Shown here piece by piece: positions 28,806-38,713 of a stretch of 64,000 nt of DNA (its first letter is position 1; each line of letters opens with the position of its first letter). The DNA is taken from assembly GCA_045118155.1 (NCBI GenBank), contig JBGUXS010000078.1:443-64442 (forward strand), read 5' to 3'. The notes below the pieces were generated by a model. It did not search any database. It was not told where the DNA came from and saw only the letters and a list, made by a program, of their open reading frames with translations. Origin of the DNA: Alphaproteobacteria bacterium (GTDB taxonomy: Bacteria; Pseudomonadota; Alphaproteobacteria; CAAHEQ01; UBA3637). Made by a program: the position numbers and the translations under genes.

Positions 28806-29874
28806 ATCCCCTTAAATGTTGCACACACACGCATTGTGATGCTTGATGCGGGATCGCCCCCATTTGCATACACGTTTGTAAAGCACAATCTCCCCCATAT
28901 GGACACGTTTTTTTTCGAGAAGCCGCATGAATCAAATCAATAAAATCACCTTGAAAAAAGGTATATGGGGAAGACAGAATTTGAGTTAATTTTTCTTGCG
29001 TATCCACTCCTGTTACAAAAACAGGAACATGATTGATTGATTGTGTTAAACAAACTTCTACGGGAAGAAGTAAAAAATCAGCTTCTAATAAATCAAAACG
29101 ATAAAAGGCCGTTTCTGCAGTAATGCCCCCAATACCTAACCGATACTGTTTTCCTGGACGAGTTAGGGCTTCCTTATACAGATTTTTATTTAACAAGACT
29201 TCTGCAATATCTAAAATAATCCAAACTGGGTCATTATTTTCAATCCAAGCACTTTCCAACGTTCCTTGCACCATCAAAGGCAATGTCGTTTGTTTAAACA
29301 GCTCTTTATTTGGGTGTTGCAATAATTGTTTCTGTATTTTCTGAACTAACCACATTGGAAGCTGATCCATATTGTTTTTTAAGGTCCATGTATATCCCCA
29401 CAGAGAGTTGCTCCCCTTTTGATAAATTACCCGCCTAAACCAACTATTTTTTTCGGGAATATCTTTTAAAAAAGCCTCATAATCAACCTCTTGATTCGTT
29501 TGCTTTTTAGCTATCTGAATCAGGGACAAAACCCCCATCAAATCCTGTGGTAAATGGAACAAGCGTACATTTTCTTCTTTTTTTCCTGTTTGAATTTGAA
29601 AAAATGTTTGAATTTGGCGCATCACATCCACAACTTGATGTTCATCAAGATCAACCCCTATTAATAAACGATCTTGTTGTTCAAATGTAAAAAGCCGACA
29701 ATATTCATACGCTAATAACGGTTCTAATAAATGTTCTATGACGTGCATCAACCTTTCGGCCCCTGGCAGACCTAATAATTGACTTGTCCCTATCCAAAGG
29801 ACAACCGACGGTGTTTCTAAAGCAGCGACACGCTTTATTGTTTCTAAGGCCAGTTGTTCTTGTGTCTCATACAT
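28792..29874 (-). CDS. Hypothetical protein with a degenerate EAL-like C-terminal half and a Cys-rich tail
   Basis: 360 aa. The segment ...YRLGIGGITAETAFYRFDLLEADFLLLP...VFVTGVDTQEKLTQILSSPYTFFQGDFI is EAL-like without catalytic residues. The tail reads CPYGGDC...C.C. Confidence 0.4.
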   Translation of the reverse strand: MYETQEQLALETIKRVAALETPSVVLWIGTSQLLGLPGAERLMHVIEHLLEPLLAYEYCRLFTFEQQDRLLIGVDLDEHQVVDVMRQIQTFFQIQTGKKEENVRLFHLPQDLMGVLSLIQIAKKQTNQEVDYEAFLKDIPEKNSWFRRVIYQKGSNSLWGYTWTLKNNMDQLPMWLVQKIQKQLLQHPNKELFKQTTLPLMVQGTLESAWIENNDPVWIILDIAEVLLNKNLYKEALTRPGKQYRLGIGGITAETAFYRFDLLEADFLLLPVEVCLTQSINHVPVFVTGVDTQEKLTQILSSPYTFFQGDFIDLIHAASRKKTCPYGGDCALQTCMQMGAIPHQASQCVCVQHLRGYDAV

Positions 29875-29980
29875 TTTTTCTTCCTAAACTTGAGCTTTCA
29901 GTATAAAGGATATCCTTGAAAAAACAACTTGTTTTTTTGGGAAAAATCTTGCATACTCCTTTCAATAGGAGGAATCACAC

Positions 29981-31951
29981 ATGCATTACTTAACAGGGGA
30001 AGAAGTTTCTGTCACATCCTTAAAAACAATAGCCCAAGAATTTGGTTTTATGTTGTGGCCGCACCCCGATGATCCTTTCTTATTGCATAAAACACCCTAT
30101 CAAAGTTTTCCAGAAATGCTTTCTGTCCTTACAGATCATATTACAGAAAAAAAACTTAATTCCCTCTTCACTTTCCCTGTTTCTTTCATCTTAGATGCGA
30201 ATGCACAATCTGAATCCTTACATAACTTCTTTAAATATCAAGCCCGTAACCAATTGGATAAAACCATCGGTGTCTTGCTAACTTGCCCCGTTATTTACGC
30301 CTGTGATGTTGCGCAAATTTTTACCGAAGCCTTACATCAACGATTACACTTTCCTAGCACACGTTACAGTAATATTCATATGGCTATTCATGAAGCGCTC
30401 GTCAATGGTTTAGTGCATGGAAATCTAAAACTACCTAGTTCTTTACGGCAATCAGCTCGTGATTTCGTTGATTACGCCCGCATTGTTAATGAACGCTTAT
30501 TAGACCCTGCCTATGCTAATAAATCCATCAGTATTTGGGCTACTTGGAATACCTCTAGATTGGAAATTAAGATTCGGGACGAAGGGGCTGGATATACGGT
30601 TTTACCCCCCCATAAAAAACATGTGGCAGAAAAACGTTCTGGACGGGGGCTTTATCTAATTGCCGGAACTGCTGATTCCTGCACAATTGATGATTTTGGG
30701 CGAGAAATCACATTATCTTTTATTCTAAATAATCTAAACAACGAACAAGATATCGGGGTTTCTGAAAATGCGGCTTTACTGCATGATCCTGTAACCGATT
30801 TTTCGGATTGTCGTATTTTAATCATTGAAGATAACCCCAGTAATCAAATCTTGGTTTCACAACTTTTAAACGTGGTTGGAATTGGTCATATTGAAACAGC
30901 TCAAGATGGGGTTGAAGGCCTTGAAAAAGCATTCAGTATGAAACCAGACTTAGTCATTTTGGACATCACTATGCCCCGAATGAATGGATATGAAGTACTT
31001 CACCAACTCAGAACAAATCAAGATACGGCCTCTATCCCGGTTTTAATTCAAACGGCTTCTGATACACGGGCAGCACGGGATAAAACTTTTAGTGCGGGGG
31101 CAACAGACTTTATCACAAAGCCATTAAATCCTTTGGAATTTTTCTCTCGGATACGGGTACACTTAGAAAATAGATTACTTGTAAAACATCTTGAAACGAA
31201 ACTCGCTCAAATCAATGAAGAACTAGAACTTGCCCAAAAAATGCAAGAAAGTTTATTACCCCCCACGGAAGCACTTCAAGATATCAGCCAACGTTATCAT
31301 CTAGATATTTCTTATACGTTCTTACCTTCTTCCCATTTAGGGGGGGATTTCTGGCAAATTTTTCCATTGGCTAAAGATAAGGTCGCTTTTTATATTTGCG
31401 ATTTTTCGGGACATGGGGTAAGTGCTGCCATGAATACGTTCCGATTACACACCTTAATCGGGCAAATGGATATGACGGCATTGAAAAAGCCTTCCGAATT
31501 TCTTTTTATGCTTAATAATTCTTTGGTCAACTTGTTGCCCAGGGGACAATTTGCTACTTTCTTCTTTGGTATTTTAAACAAGCGACAAGGAACATTAACA
31601 TATGCTGGGGCCAGTTCGCCCTTCCCTATTTTGGTTAAGGACAACAAACCCTCTTTCTTAGATACTTCCGGGATGCCTTTGGGAATTTTAAAGGACGTTA
31701 CTTATAAAGATAAAAAGGTACCATTTTCCAAAGAAATGGGCATTTTACTATACAGTGACTCTTTCACTGAACAACAAAATAAAGAAGGAAATCGCCTTGA
31801 TTATGATGGTTTTATGAAAATGACTCAGACGTGTTTCTCAGAAAAAACATCTCAACAAGTCATTGCCCAAATCATGCAAAAATTTCATGAATTTTCTGAC
31901 ACCCCTAGTACCGATGATATTACGGCTGTCTATTTGAAAGGCCTCTTATGA
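29981..31951 (+). CDS. Fusion protein: RsbW/SpoIIAB-like GHKL Ser kinase domain, CheY-like receiver domain and PP2C (SpoIIE/RsbU-like) phosphatase
   Basis: N-terminal region HMAIHEALVNGLVHGN...RDEGAGY...GRGLYLI (HATPase_c_2-like). Middle region ILIIEDNPSNQ...PDLVILDITMPRMNGYEV...TKP (REC). C-terminal region HLGGDFWQ...FYICDFSGHGVSAAM (PP2C). Confidence 0.7.
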   Translation: MHYLTGEEVSVTSLKTIAQEFGFMLWPHPDDPFLLHKTPYQSFPEMLSVLTDHITEKKLNSLFTFPVSFILDANAQSESLHNFFKYQARNQLDKTIGVLLTCPVIYACDVAQIFTEALHQRLHFPSTRYSNIHMAIHEALVNGLVHGNLKLPSSLRQSARDFVDYARIVNERLLDPAYANKSISIWATWNTSRLEIKIRDEGAGYTVLPPHKKHVAEKRSGRGLYLIAGTADSCTIDDFGREITLSFILNNLNNEQDIGVSENAALLHDPVTDFSDCRILIIEDNPSNQILVSQLLNVVGIGHIETAQDGVEGLEKAFSMKPDLVILDITMPRMNGYEVLHQLRTNQDTASIPVLIQTASDTRAARDKTFSAGATDFITKPLNPLEFFSRIRVHLENRLLVKHLETKLAQINEELELAQKMQESLLPPTEALQDISQRYHLDISYTFLPSSHLGGDFWQIFPLAKDKVAFYICDFSGHGVSAAMNTFRLHTLIGQMDMTALKKPSEFLFMLNNSLVNLLPRGQFATFFFGILNKRQGTLTYAGASSPFPILVKDNKPSFLDTSGMPLGILKDVTYKDKKVPFSKEMGILLYSDSFTEQQNKEGNRLDYDGFMKMTQTCFSEKTSQQVIAQIMQKFHEFSDTPSTDDITAVYLKGLL

Positions 31952-32655
31952 TTCGGGTGTATATAGAGGCTCTGGACCCTAAAAAACCAACACCTCTTTC
32001 TGTGGATCACTATCATTATTTGGCCCACGTTATGCGTTTAAAAGCGGGGGACAGTTTTTTAGCGTTTAATCAACTTCAAGGGGAATTTTTAGCTGTATTT
32101 CAACCTAAAAACAAAAAAGAAGGTCATCTTTTACTACAAAAACAAACGCGTTTACCAGAACAACCTCGTCCGCCTGTAACACTTTATATCGCCCCTATCC
32201 GAAAAGAAAAAATGGAACTTGTGTTACAAAAGGCAACAGAAATTGGCGTAGAGATCATCCAACCTATTTTAACGAAACATACATGCCATCGGCCTTTATC
32301 AAAAGAACGGGCGGATATTATTATAAAAGAAGCGGTAGAACAATCTGAACGGCTGACATTACCTAATTGGCTTCCCCCTATATCTTTGGAAGAACTTCTT
32401 ATTAAACGTTCAACAGATATCCCTCTTTTTTACCTATCCGAACGAGGGGAAACGCAACATATTTCTTTGCCCGCCCCTCCTATAAGCTTTCTTATCGGAC
32501 CAGAAGGGGGATTTTCTAAGGAAGAAATTACCTTATTAGGTCAACAAAAAAACGCCCAAGCTATCAACCTAGGCGCTTTTATTCTACGGGCGGAAACAGC
32601 CGCTATTGCTATGCTAGCGACCTACCGCTTTCATAAACTGTTTTATACAGCTTGA
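31948..32655 (+). CDS. rsmE: 16S rRNA (uracil1498-N3)-methyltransferase
   Basis: 235 aa with a PUA-like N-terminus and the LIGPEGGFSKEE motif. Confidence 0.8.
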   Translation: MIRVYIEALDPKKPTPLSVDHYHYLAHVMRLKAGDSFLAFNQLQGEFLAVFQPKNKKEGHLLLQKQTRLPEQPRPPVTLYIAPIRKEKMELVLQKATEIGVEIIQPILTKHTCHRPLSKERADIIIKEAVEQSERLTLPNWLPPISLEELLIKRSTDIPLFYLSERGETQHISLPAPPISFLIGPEGGFSKEEITLLGQQKNAQAINLGAFILRAETAAIAMLATYRFHKLFYTA

Positions 32656-32831
32656 CGTAGTTTTTCCTCACAGCAACACTTTTCTTCAACAAACCATATA
32701 CGATCTTCAAATTCGGATTTTTTCCCCTTATTGAATTGGCTAACAGGACGAAAATACCCCATAACCCGTGTCCAACATTCCACCGCTTGACGTTCATTAG
32801 AAAATTTTTCTAAAATTTGGTTATCTGTCAT
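32643..32831 (-). CDS. Stand-alone glycyl-radical domain (C-terminal piece of class III ribonucleotide reductase)
   Basis: 62 aa with TRVMGYFRPVSQFNKGKKSEFEDR, matching the NrdD glycyl-radical signature RVCGY...FNxGKxxE. Its ATG overlaps the nrdD stop (ATGA) and AAGGAG lies 8 nt upstream. Confidence 0.6.
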   Translation of the reverse strand: MTDNQILEKFSNERQAVECWTRVMGYFRPVSQFNKGKKSEFEDRIWFVEEKCCCEEKLRQAV

Positions 32832-34897
32832 GCTTTGTTCTCCTTTTCTGCAAGTTCTTGACGTTTTTTTTCAATGAGTTCCGCATCACACTTTGGGCAG
32901 AACTTGTGTTCCCCACTAATATACCCATGCTTGGGGCAAATAGAATAGACAGGGGTAATAGAAACATAAGGAAGATGATAATTTTCTAATACCCGTCTAA
33001 TAAGTGATTTACAAACACTTGCTGAAGAAATCCGTTCATTCATATACAGGTGCAAAACCGTTCCCCCTGTATACTGTGTTTGCAATTCATCTTGATAATC
33101 CAACGCTTTAAACGGATCATCTGTGAAGTTCTGTGGTAATTGAGAAGAGTTTGTATAATAGGGGGCCTCTTTCTTTCCTGCTTGAATAATACCAGGATAG
33201 CGTTTTTGATCTTCTTTGGCAAAACGATATGTTGTCCCTTCAGCTGGCGTTGCTTCCAAATTGTACATATTTCCTGTTTCTGCTTGGAAATCCAGCATTT
33301 TTTCCCGAATATGTGTTAAAAATTCTTTAGCCATCGCCCGCCCTTTTTCCGAAGCAATGTATTCTTCATCATTAGTAAAGTTCCGAATCATTTCATTAAT
33401 ACCATTAACCCCAATCGTGGAAAAATGATTTCGGAATGTTCCTAAATATCGCCGTGTATAAGGATACAACCCCCGATCCATGTGCATTGAAATGGTTTTA
33501 CGTTTAATTTCTAAGGAAGTCTTCGCTAATTCCAGTAATTCATCCAAACGTTTATACAATTCCTCTTTCTTCCCCTTATACAGGTATCCCAAACGGGCAC
33601 AGTTAATTGTAACAACCCCAATAGACCCCGTTTGTTCTGCTGAACCAAATAAACCACCACCTCGTTTTTTCAATTCCGTCAAATCCAACCGTAACCGACA
33701 ACACATTGAACGAATATCTGAAGGCTTCATATCAGAACTAACATAGTTTGAAAAATAGGGTAATCCATATTTAGCCGTCATTTCAAATAACAATTCCGTA
33801 TTTTCAGAATCCCATGGGAATTCATTTGTAATATTGTATGTCGGGATAGGGAAAGTAAACGGCCGCCCTTTGGCATCCCCACTTCCCATAACTTCTAAAT
33901 AAGCCCTATTAATCATATCCATTTCTTTTTGCAGATCACCATAAACAAAATCTTGTTCCACCCCCCCAATGATAGGGTGCCGATTCTTCAAATCTTCAGG
34001 GCAATTCCAATCAAAAGTTAAGTTCGTAAAGGGTGTCTGTGTCCCCCAACGCGATGGTACATTCAAGTTAAAGATGAAGGATTGCATCGCTTGTTTTACT
34101 TCTTCATAAGGTAATTTTTCAATTCGTATAAATGGTGCTAAGTACGTATCCACAGAAGAAAACGCCTGTGCCCCAGCCCATTCATTCTGCAAAGTCCCCA
34201 AGAAATTAATCATCTGGCTAAACGCAGAAACAAGGTGTTTTGGCGGTTTAGATTCTGTCTTATTGGGAACCCCATTAAAACCTTCTTCTAATAAAACCCT
34301 TAAGGACCACCCTGCACAATACCCACTCAACATATCCAAATCATGAATATGATAATCCCCATTTCGGTGAGCTTCCCCAATTTCTGGCGTATACACGTGG
34401 CTCAACCAATAATTGGCCACCACCTTTCCTGCCGTATTTAAAATCAATCCCCCTAAGGAATATCCTTGATTAGCATTTGCGTTCACCCGCCAATCTGACC
34501 GATCTAAATATTCATTAATAGAAGCCACCGCATCAATAACCGTTTTCTTATCATTCCGCATTTTTCCGCGTTGTTCACGGTACACGATATAAGCCCGGGC
34601 AGTTTTGTAATAATTAGAGGAAATTAAAACCTGTTCAACCACATCTTGAATTTGCTCAATATTAGGATAAACCCCGAAAGCAAACCGATGCTTTAAAACC
34701 TTAATAACTTGTCTTGTTAATAACCACGCTTCATCTTGACCGAATTCAGCCGTTGCTTCCCCAGCTTTCAAAATAGCAACCATAATTTTAGTCACATCAA
34801 ACGGATACTGTTGCCCATCCCGTTTAATTACATAGCTCAACGGACTAATATCAATGGTTACATTTAGCGGCTGGGCTCCTGTCAAAACTTGCAACAT
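32828..34897 (-). CDS. nrdD: Anaerobic ribonucleoside-triphosphate reductase large piece (ATP cone through zinc ribbon), lacking the glycyl-radical domain
   Basis: 689 aa with an ATP-cone N-terminus and the NrdD catalytic core. The C-terminal zinc ribbon reads CPKHGY...CPKCD. The ORF ends at an A8 tract. Confidence 0.85.
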   Translation of the reverse strand: MLQVLTGAQPLNVTIDISPLSYVIKRDGQQYPFDVTKIMVAILKAGEATAEFGQDEAWLLTRQVIKVLKHRFAFGVYPNIEQIQDVVEQVLISSNYYKTARAYIVYREQRGKMRNDKKTVIDAVASINEYLDRSDWRVNANANQGYSLGGLILNTAGKVVANYWLSHVYTPEIGEAHRNGDYHIHDLDMLSGYCAGWSLRVLLEEGFNGVPNKTESKPPKHLVSAFSQMINFLGTLQNEWAGAQAFSSVDTYLAPFIRIEKLPYEEVKQAMQSFIFNLNVPSRWGTQTPFTNLTFDWNCPEDLKNRHPIIGGVEQDFVYGDLQKEMDMINRAYLEVMGSGDAKGRPFTFPIPTYNITNEFPWDSENTELLFEMTAKYGLPYFSNYVSSDMKPSDIRSMCCRLRLDLTELKKRGGGLFGSAEQTGSIGVVTINCARLGYLYKGKKEELYKRLDELLELAKTSLEIKRKTISMHMDRGLYPYTRRYLGTFRNHFSTIGVNGINEMIRNFTNDEEYIASEKGRAMAKEFLTHIREKMLDFQAETGNMYNLEATPAEGTTYRFAKEDQKRYPGIIQAGKKEAPYYTNSSQLPQNFTDDPFKALDYQDELQTQYTGGTVLHLYMNERISSASVCKSLIRRVLENYHLPYVSITPVYSICPKHGYISGEHKFCPKCDAELIEKKRQELAEKENKA

Positions 34898-35056
34898 ATA
34901 GTCTTTCCTTTCTTAAAAATTACTAAATATAGTTGTTTTACTCCTTTTTTTCTTTTTCTAGTCAACCGTTTTTCTCCCCCAAAGTCAATAGCTATTTTAA
35001 AAATAAAACAACTTTTTTTTAAACTCATTGAAAAATAGAAATATTTTTTAATGAAT

Positions 35057-35758
35057 CTATAACAAGCCCTCACGCATCAAAGATGTTACGGATTCTTTTC
35101 CTATGATTAAACTATCAAAAATATCTATATGCAATGGACGTAAAACAGCCTTTATTAGGCGGGTAGCTGTAATATCTTCTTCCGAGGGAATGGCCTCCCC
35201 TGACGGATGATTATGCACCAAAATGATATGACTAGCCCGTTCCACAATAGCCCGTTGTGCAATAACTTCCACAGGGATATGAACCATACGTTTTCCCCCT
35301 TTTTGAATAAGTTCATCTTTCAACAGGTACAATTGGGCATCCAATATCAATAAATGCAGTTCTTCCTCTGTTTTGTGGGCATAATTTAAATGGCAATAAT
35401 CCACTAGATTATCCCAATTTTCTAAAATGGGACGTTGAATCACTTCTAATTTTTTAGCCCGTAACGTCAATTCTAAACAAAACTTAAAAAAGGCCGCAGA
35501 TGTTTCTTGTAATCCTTTTATACTTACTAATTCTTCAACAGGGGCTTGCAAAATTCCCAAAATACTTTGAAAACGATCCATCAGTCGTTTTGCAATAGGG
35601 CGTACATCACATCTAGGGATCACAAACATCAAGCCCAATTCAACAAGATCTGTATCAGAAAGGGCCTCTGGTAACGTCAAAAACCGTGTCCGTAACTTCT
35701 GCCGATGTCCCGTATGGATATACCCAGCATCTTTGGTGGTCTTTGACGTTGTTTTCAT
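35057..35758 (-). CDS. radC: RadC/JAB-domain protein
   Basis: JAMM motif HNHPSGEAIPSEEDITATRLI; HhH N-terminal region. Confidence 0.85.
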   Translation of the reverse strand: MKTTSKTTKDAGYIHTGHRQKLRTRFLTLPEALSDTDLVELGLMFVIPRCDVRPIAKRLMDRFQSILGILQAPVEELVSIKGLQETSAAFFKFCLELTLRAKKLEVIQRPILENWDNLVDYCHLNYAHKTEEELHLLILDAQLYLLKDELIQKGGKRMVHIPVEVIAQRAIVERASHIILVHNHPSGEAIPSEEDITATRLIKAVLRPLHIDIFDSLIIGKESVTSLMREGLL

Positions 35759-36567
35759 TACCTTTCTTCCGCTTGCAGTATATTATTTTTAGAAGGATTT
35801 TTAACAAAGTTCAAAATATCTTGGACATATATATTCTTTCCTAAAGTAGGATCTTCTTCTACCTGTTGTATACGTTCAACAAATGTTGTTCCTTCCTTTT
35901 TGGTAAACAACGCCTTATACGCTTTTTGCAAAACGAAGATATCTTCTTTAGACATACCACGACGTTGCAACCCAATTAAATTGAGCCCTGCTAAATGCGA
36001 AGGGATTCCCCCTAGGGCTATCCCATAAGGAATCACATCCCGTGTAATTCCACACATAGCCCCTATCATCGCACCTTTCCCAATTCTGGTAAATTGCAAA
36101 ACCCCTGCCATCCCCCCAACAGTCACATTATCTTCTACTTTTACATGACCAGCTAAGCTAGCATTATTACTCATAACAATATTGTTTCCTAATTTGCAAT
36201 CATGAGCAATGTGGCTATACGCCAAAAAGAAATTATCATTTCCAATACGGGTAATATTATCATCTACATCTGATCCCCCGATGTGAACAGTAACCCCTTC
36301 TCTAAAAGTGTTTCTATCCCCAATAATTAACAAACCATCCGTTGCATCACAACGTTTATGTTGATGCATTCCCCCAATGGTTGCGAACTGGTACACCGTA
36401 CATCCAGAACCCATCGTTGTATGCCCATCAATCACCGCATGAGAAATTACTTTACAACCTGCCCCCATTTTAACAAAAGGACCTATCGTACAAAAGGGCC
36501 CTATTTCAACATCTTCTGCAAGTTCTGCTTTTGGATCAACAATACTAGTAGGATGAATTTTAACCAT
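35758..36567 (-). CDS. lpxA: UDP-N-acetylglucosamine O-acyltransferase
   Basis: Left-handed beta-helix hexapeptide repeats; 269 aa. Position in the lpxD-fabZ-lpxA cluster. Confidence 0.9.
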   Translation of the reverse strand: MVKIHPTSIVDPKAELAEDVEIGPFCTIGPFVKMGAGCKVISHAVIDGHTTMGSGCTVYQFATIGGMHQHKRCDATDGLLIIGDRNTFREGVTVHIGGSDVDDNITRIGNDNFFLAYSHIAHDCKLGNNIVMSNNASLAGHVKVEDNVTVGGMAGVLQFTRIGKGAMIGAMCGITRDVIPYGIALGGIPSHLAGLNLIGLQRRGMSKEDIFVLQKAYKALFTKKEGTTFVERIQQVEEDPTLGKNIYVQDILNFVKNPSKNNILQAEER

Positions 36568-36576
36568 AATCCCTCC

Positions 36577-37050
36577 TTATGCTTTTTTCAACATCATAGC
36601 ACTAAAGACACACTGTGAAACAAGCTTTCCATCCACATAAGCTTGTCCCCGGAATTTAAACACATTTCTAACGACTTGTTCTTTTGTTACCTTCATTTCC
36701 AAAACATCCCCTGGGACAACAGGTTTTCTAAATTTCGCATCATCTAATGTCATAAAGTACACCATCTGATTATAGCGTTCTTCTTCAGGTAACATCATCA
36801 AGACAACAATTCCTGCAGTTTGTGCCATTGCTTCAATCTGCAAAACCCCTGGCATAACTGGATTTTCTGGGAAATGGCCTTGAAAAAAAGGTTCGTTAAT
36901 GGTAATATTTTTTACACCCGTTCCACTAACCCCAGGAACAATATCTTTAACTCTATCAATCATGATAAACGGATACCGATGCGGCAGCATCTTTAAAATG
37001 GTATCTATTCTAATTTCTGGTAACGTTTCTTCCATAGCCGTATCTGTCAT
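36577..37050 (-). CDS. fabZ: 3-hydroxyacyl-ACP dehydratase
   Basis: Hot-dog fold with motif [13 protein letters not shown]. Confidence 0.9.
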   Translation of the reverse strand: MTDTAMEETLPEIRIDTILKMLPHRYPFIMIDRVKDIVPGVSGTGVKNITINEPFFQGHFPENPVMPGVLQIEAMAQTAGIVVLMMLPEEERYNQMVYFMTLDDAKFRKPVVPGDVLEMKVTKEQVVRNVFKFRGQAYVDGKLVSQCVFSAMMLKKA

Positions 37051-38126
37051 TTATGACTCCTTTTCAATACCCAAAGTTTTATTTTATCTTTCCACGAAAG
37101 GGGGACCCCTTGTTTCTTTTCCCCTAATTTTTGGATAAGAAGTTGCTGGCGTACCCAATCCAGCTTAGGCTGCGCCGGAGATCCCAAAACCGTCATACCT
37201 GCTGGGACATCCCGCATCACCCCAGATTGTGCCCCAATTTGCGCTCCTGTCCCAATATTTAAGTGTCCTGCAAAACCAACTTGTCCCCCAACGGTTACAA
37301 AATCACCAAATGTACAACTGCCCGCAATACCCACTTGTGCCACAATAACGCAACACCTTCCTAATTTTACGTTATGAGCAACTTGAACAAGATTATCAAT
37401 GCGTGTTCCAGAACCTATTTCTGTATCTCCCATAGCCCCGCGATCAACGGTGGTACAGGCGCCAATTTCAACATCATCTCCAATCTTAACGCGCCCCAAT
37501 TGAGGGCATTTTGTGGGACCAAATTTTGGGGACATCGCAAATCCAAAACCATCCTGCCCAATCATTGCCCCAGGATAAATATAAACTTTATTTCCCATAT
37601 CACAATGCGAAACAACCGCATTAGCCCCAATAATACACCCAGCCCCCATATGGACCCCAGCTTGAACAACGGCATTAGCTTGAATATGGCATCCTGAACC
37701 TATAACAGTATCCGCCCCCACAAAGGCCCCAGCATCAATTTGACATCCTTCCCCAATCTTGGCTGTGGGATCAATAAATGCCTTATCTGAAATTCCCGGA
37801 GTTATTGAATAAGGATAAAACGCCTGAGCTAACAAGCCATATGACCGATGAGGATCAACAGCTATTAAAGCTATGGTTCCTTCCGGCACCAAAGACAAAA
37901 ACTTTTCTGGGACAATCACCGCCCCAGCTTTTGTTTGTTTTAGGCTTTCTCGCACTGAAGGAATAAAGGCCCAGGAAACATCATCAGGGCCTGCTTCATC
38001 TAATGAAGCAACATCTTGCATAACCCTTCCCAAAGCATTGGTATCTGAAACTTTAACATCTGCGATACGGGCAACTTCTTCTAATGTAAAAGGACCCTTT
38101 TTATCAAAAAAACGTTTATCGGCCAT
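37047..38126 (-). CDS. lpxD: UDP-3-O-acylglucosamine N-acyltransferase
   Basis: 359 aa of hexapeptide repeats; it overlaps fabZ by 4 nt. Confidence 0.9.
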   Translation of the reverse strand: MADKRFFDKKGPFTLEEVARIADVKVSDTNALGRVMQDVASLDEAGPDDVSWAFIPSVRESLKQTKAGAVIVPEKFLSLVPEGTIALIAVDPHRSYGLLAQAFYPYSITPGISDKAFIDPTAKIGEGCQIDAGAFVGADTVIGSGCHIQANAVVQAGVHMGAGCIIGANAVVSHCDMGNKVYIYPGAMIGQDGFGFAMSPKFGPTKCPQLGRVKIGDDVEIGACTTVDRGAMGDTEIGSGTRIDNLVQVAHNVKLGRCCVIVAQVGIAGSCTFGDFVTVGGQVGFAGHLNIGTGAQIGAQSGVMRDVPAGMTVLGSPAQPKLDWVRQQLLIQKLGEKKQGVPLSWKDKIKLWVLKRSHK

Positions 38127-38140
38127 TTGTATTTTTATCC

Positions 38141-38713
38141 TTATGGTAAATGAAATTGCGTGGGATCAGGATAAACCACCTTAATTTCTTTTTTATTTAA
38201 AATTTTAATAACATCTTCTGTCATATCATAATGCTTTCCTGTATAAACCAATGTCCCCCGAAGCAAAATGATATCATACCCCTTTTTATCCCCGATCTCT
38301 CGGATAATATTTACCGCCGCTTCGTCCACTTCCTTGGAAGCAACTTGTGTGGCCTGCATAATACGTTGAGCCTCTTCTTGATAACGGGCTTGTAATTTTT
38401 CCATTTTCTTTTGCAAAGCCACTAATTTATCTTGGCTAGGCTTTTTACTCTTCCTTAAATCTTGTTCTTCTTTATCTAAAACCGCCTTTTCGGCCATTAA
38501 CTTTACTCGCCAAACATCTTCATATTTCTTTTGTTCCGCGGCAATTGTCTGATAAGCCTTTGCTTCATCCCGTAATTTTTGCCCATCCAAAATGCCAATC
38601 TTCATCCCACTTGGACGCATAAAAAGGAAAAGAATAAATGCCCCCAAGACAATTAAAATGATTTTGAAATAACGCCGAACAAATGGCAGAATTTTTTGTG
38701 CTGACTGTGTCAT
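38141..38713 (-). CDS. skp: Periplasmic chaperone Skp/OmpH
   Basis: 190 aa with a signal/TM segment, coiled-coil-rich and Lys/Glu/Gln-rich. It sits between bamA and lpxD. Confidence 0.7.
   Translation of the reverse strand: MTQSAQKILPFVRRYFKIILIVLGAFILFLFMRPSGMKIGILDGQKLRDEAKAYQTIAAEQKKYEDVWRVKLMAEKAVLDKEEQDLRKSKKPSQDKLVALQKKMEKLQARYQEEAQRIMQATQVASKEVDEAAVNIIREIGDKKGYDIILLRGTLVYTGKHYDMTEDVIKILNKKEIKVVYPDPTQFHLP

Noticed and set aside
27735-29874. The two EAL-like genes as halves of one frameshifted GGDEF-EAL gene
   Set aside because: Both proteins carry their own EAL-like C-terminal half, so they are paralog-like tandem genes, not N- and C-terminal fragments of one gene.
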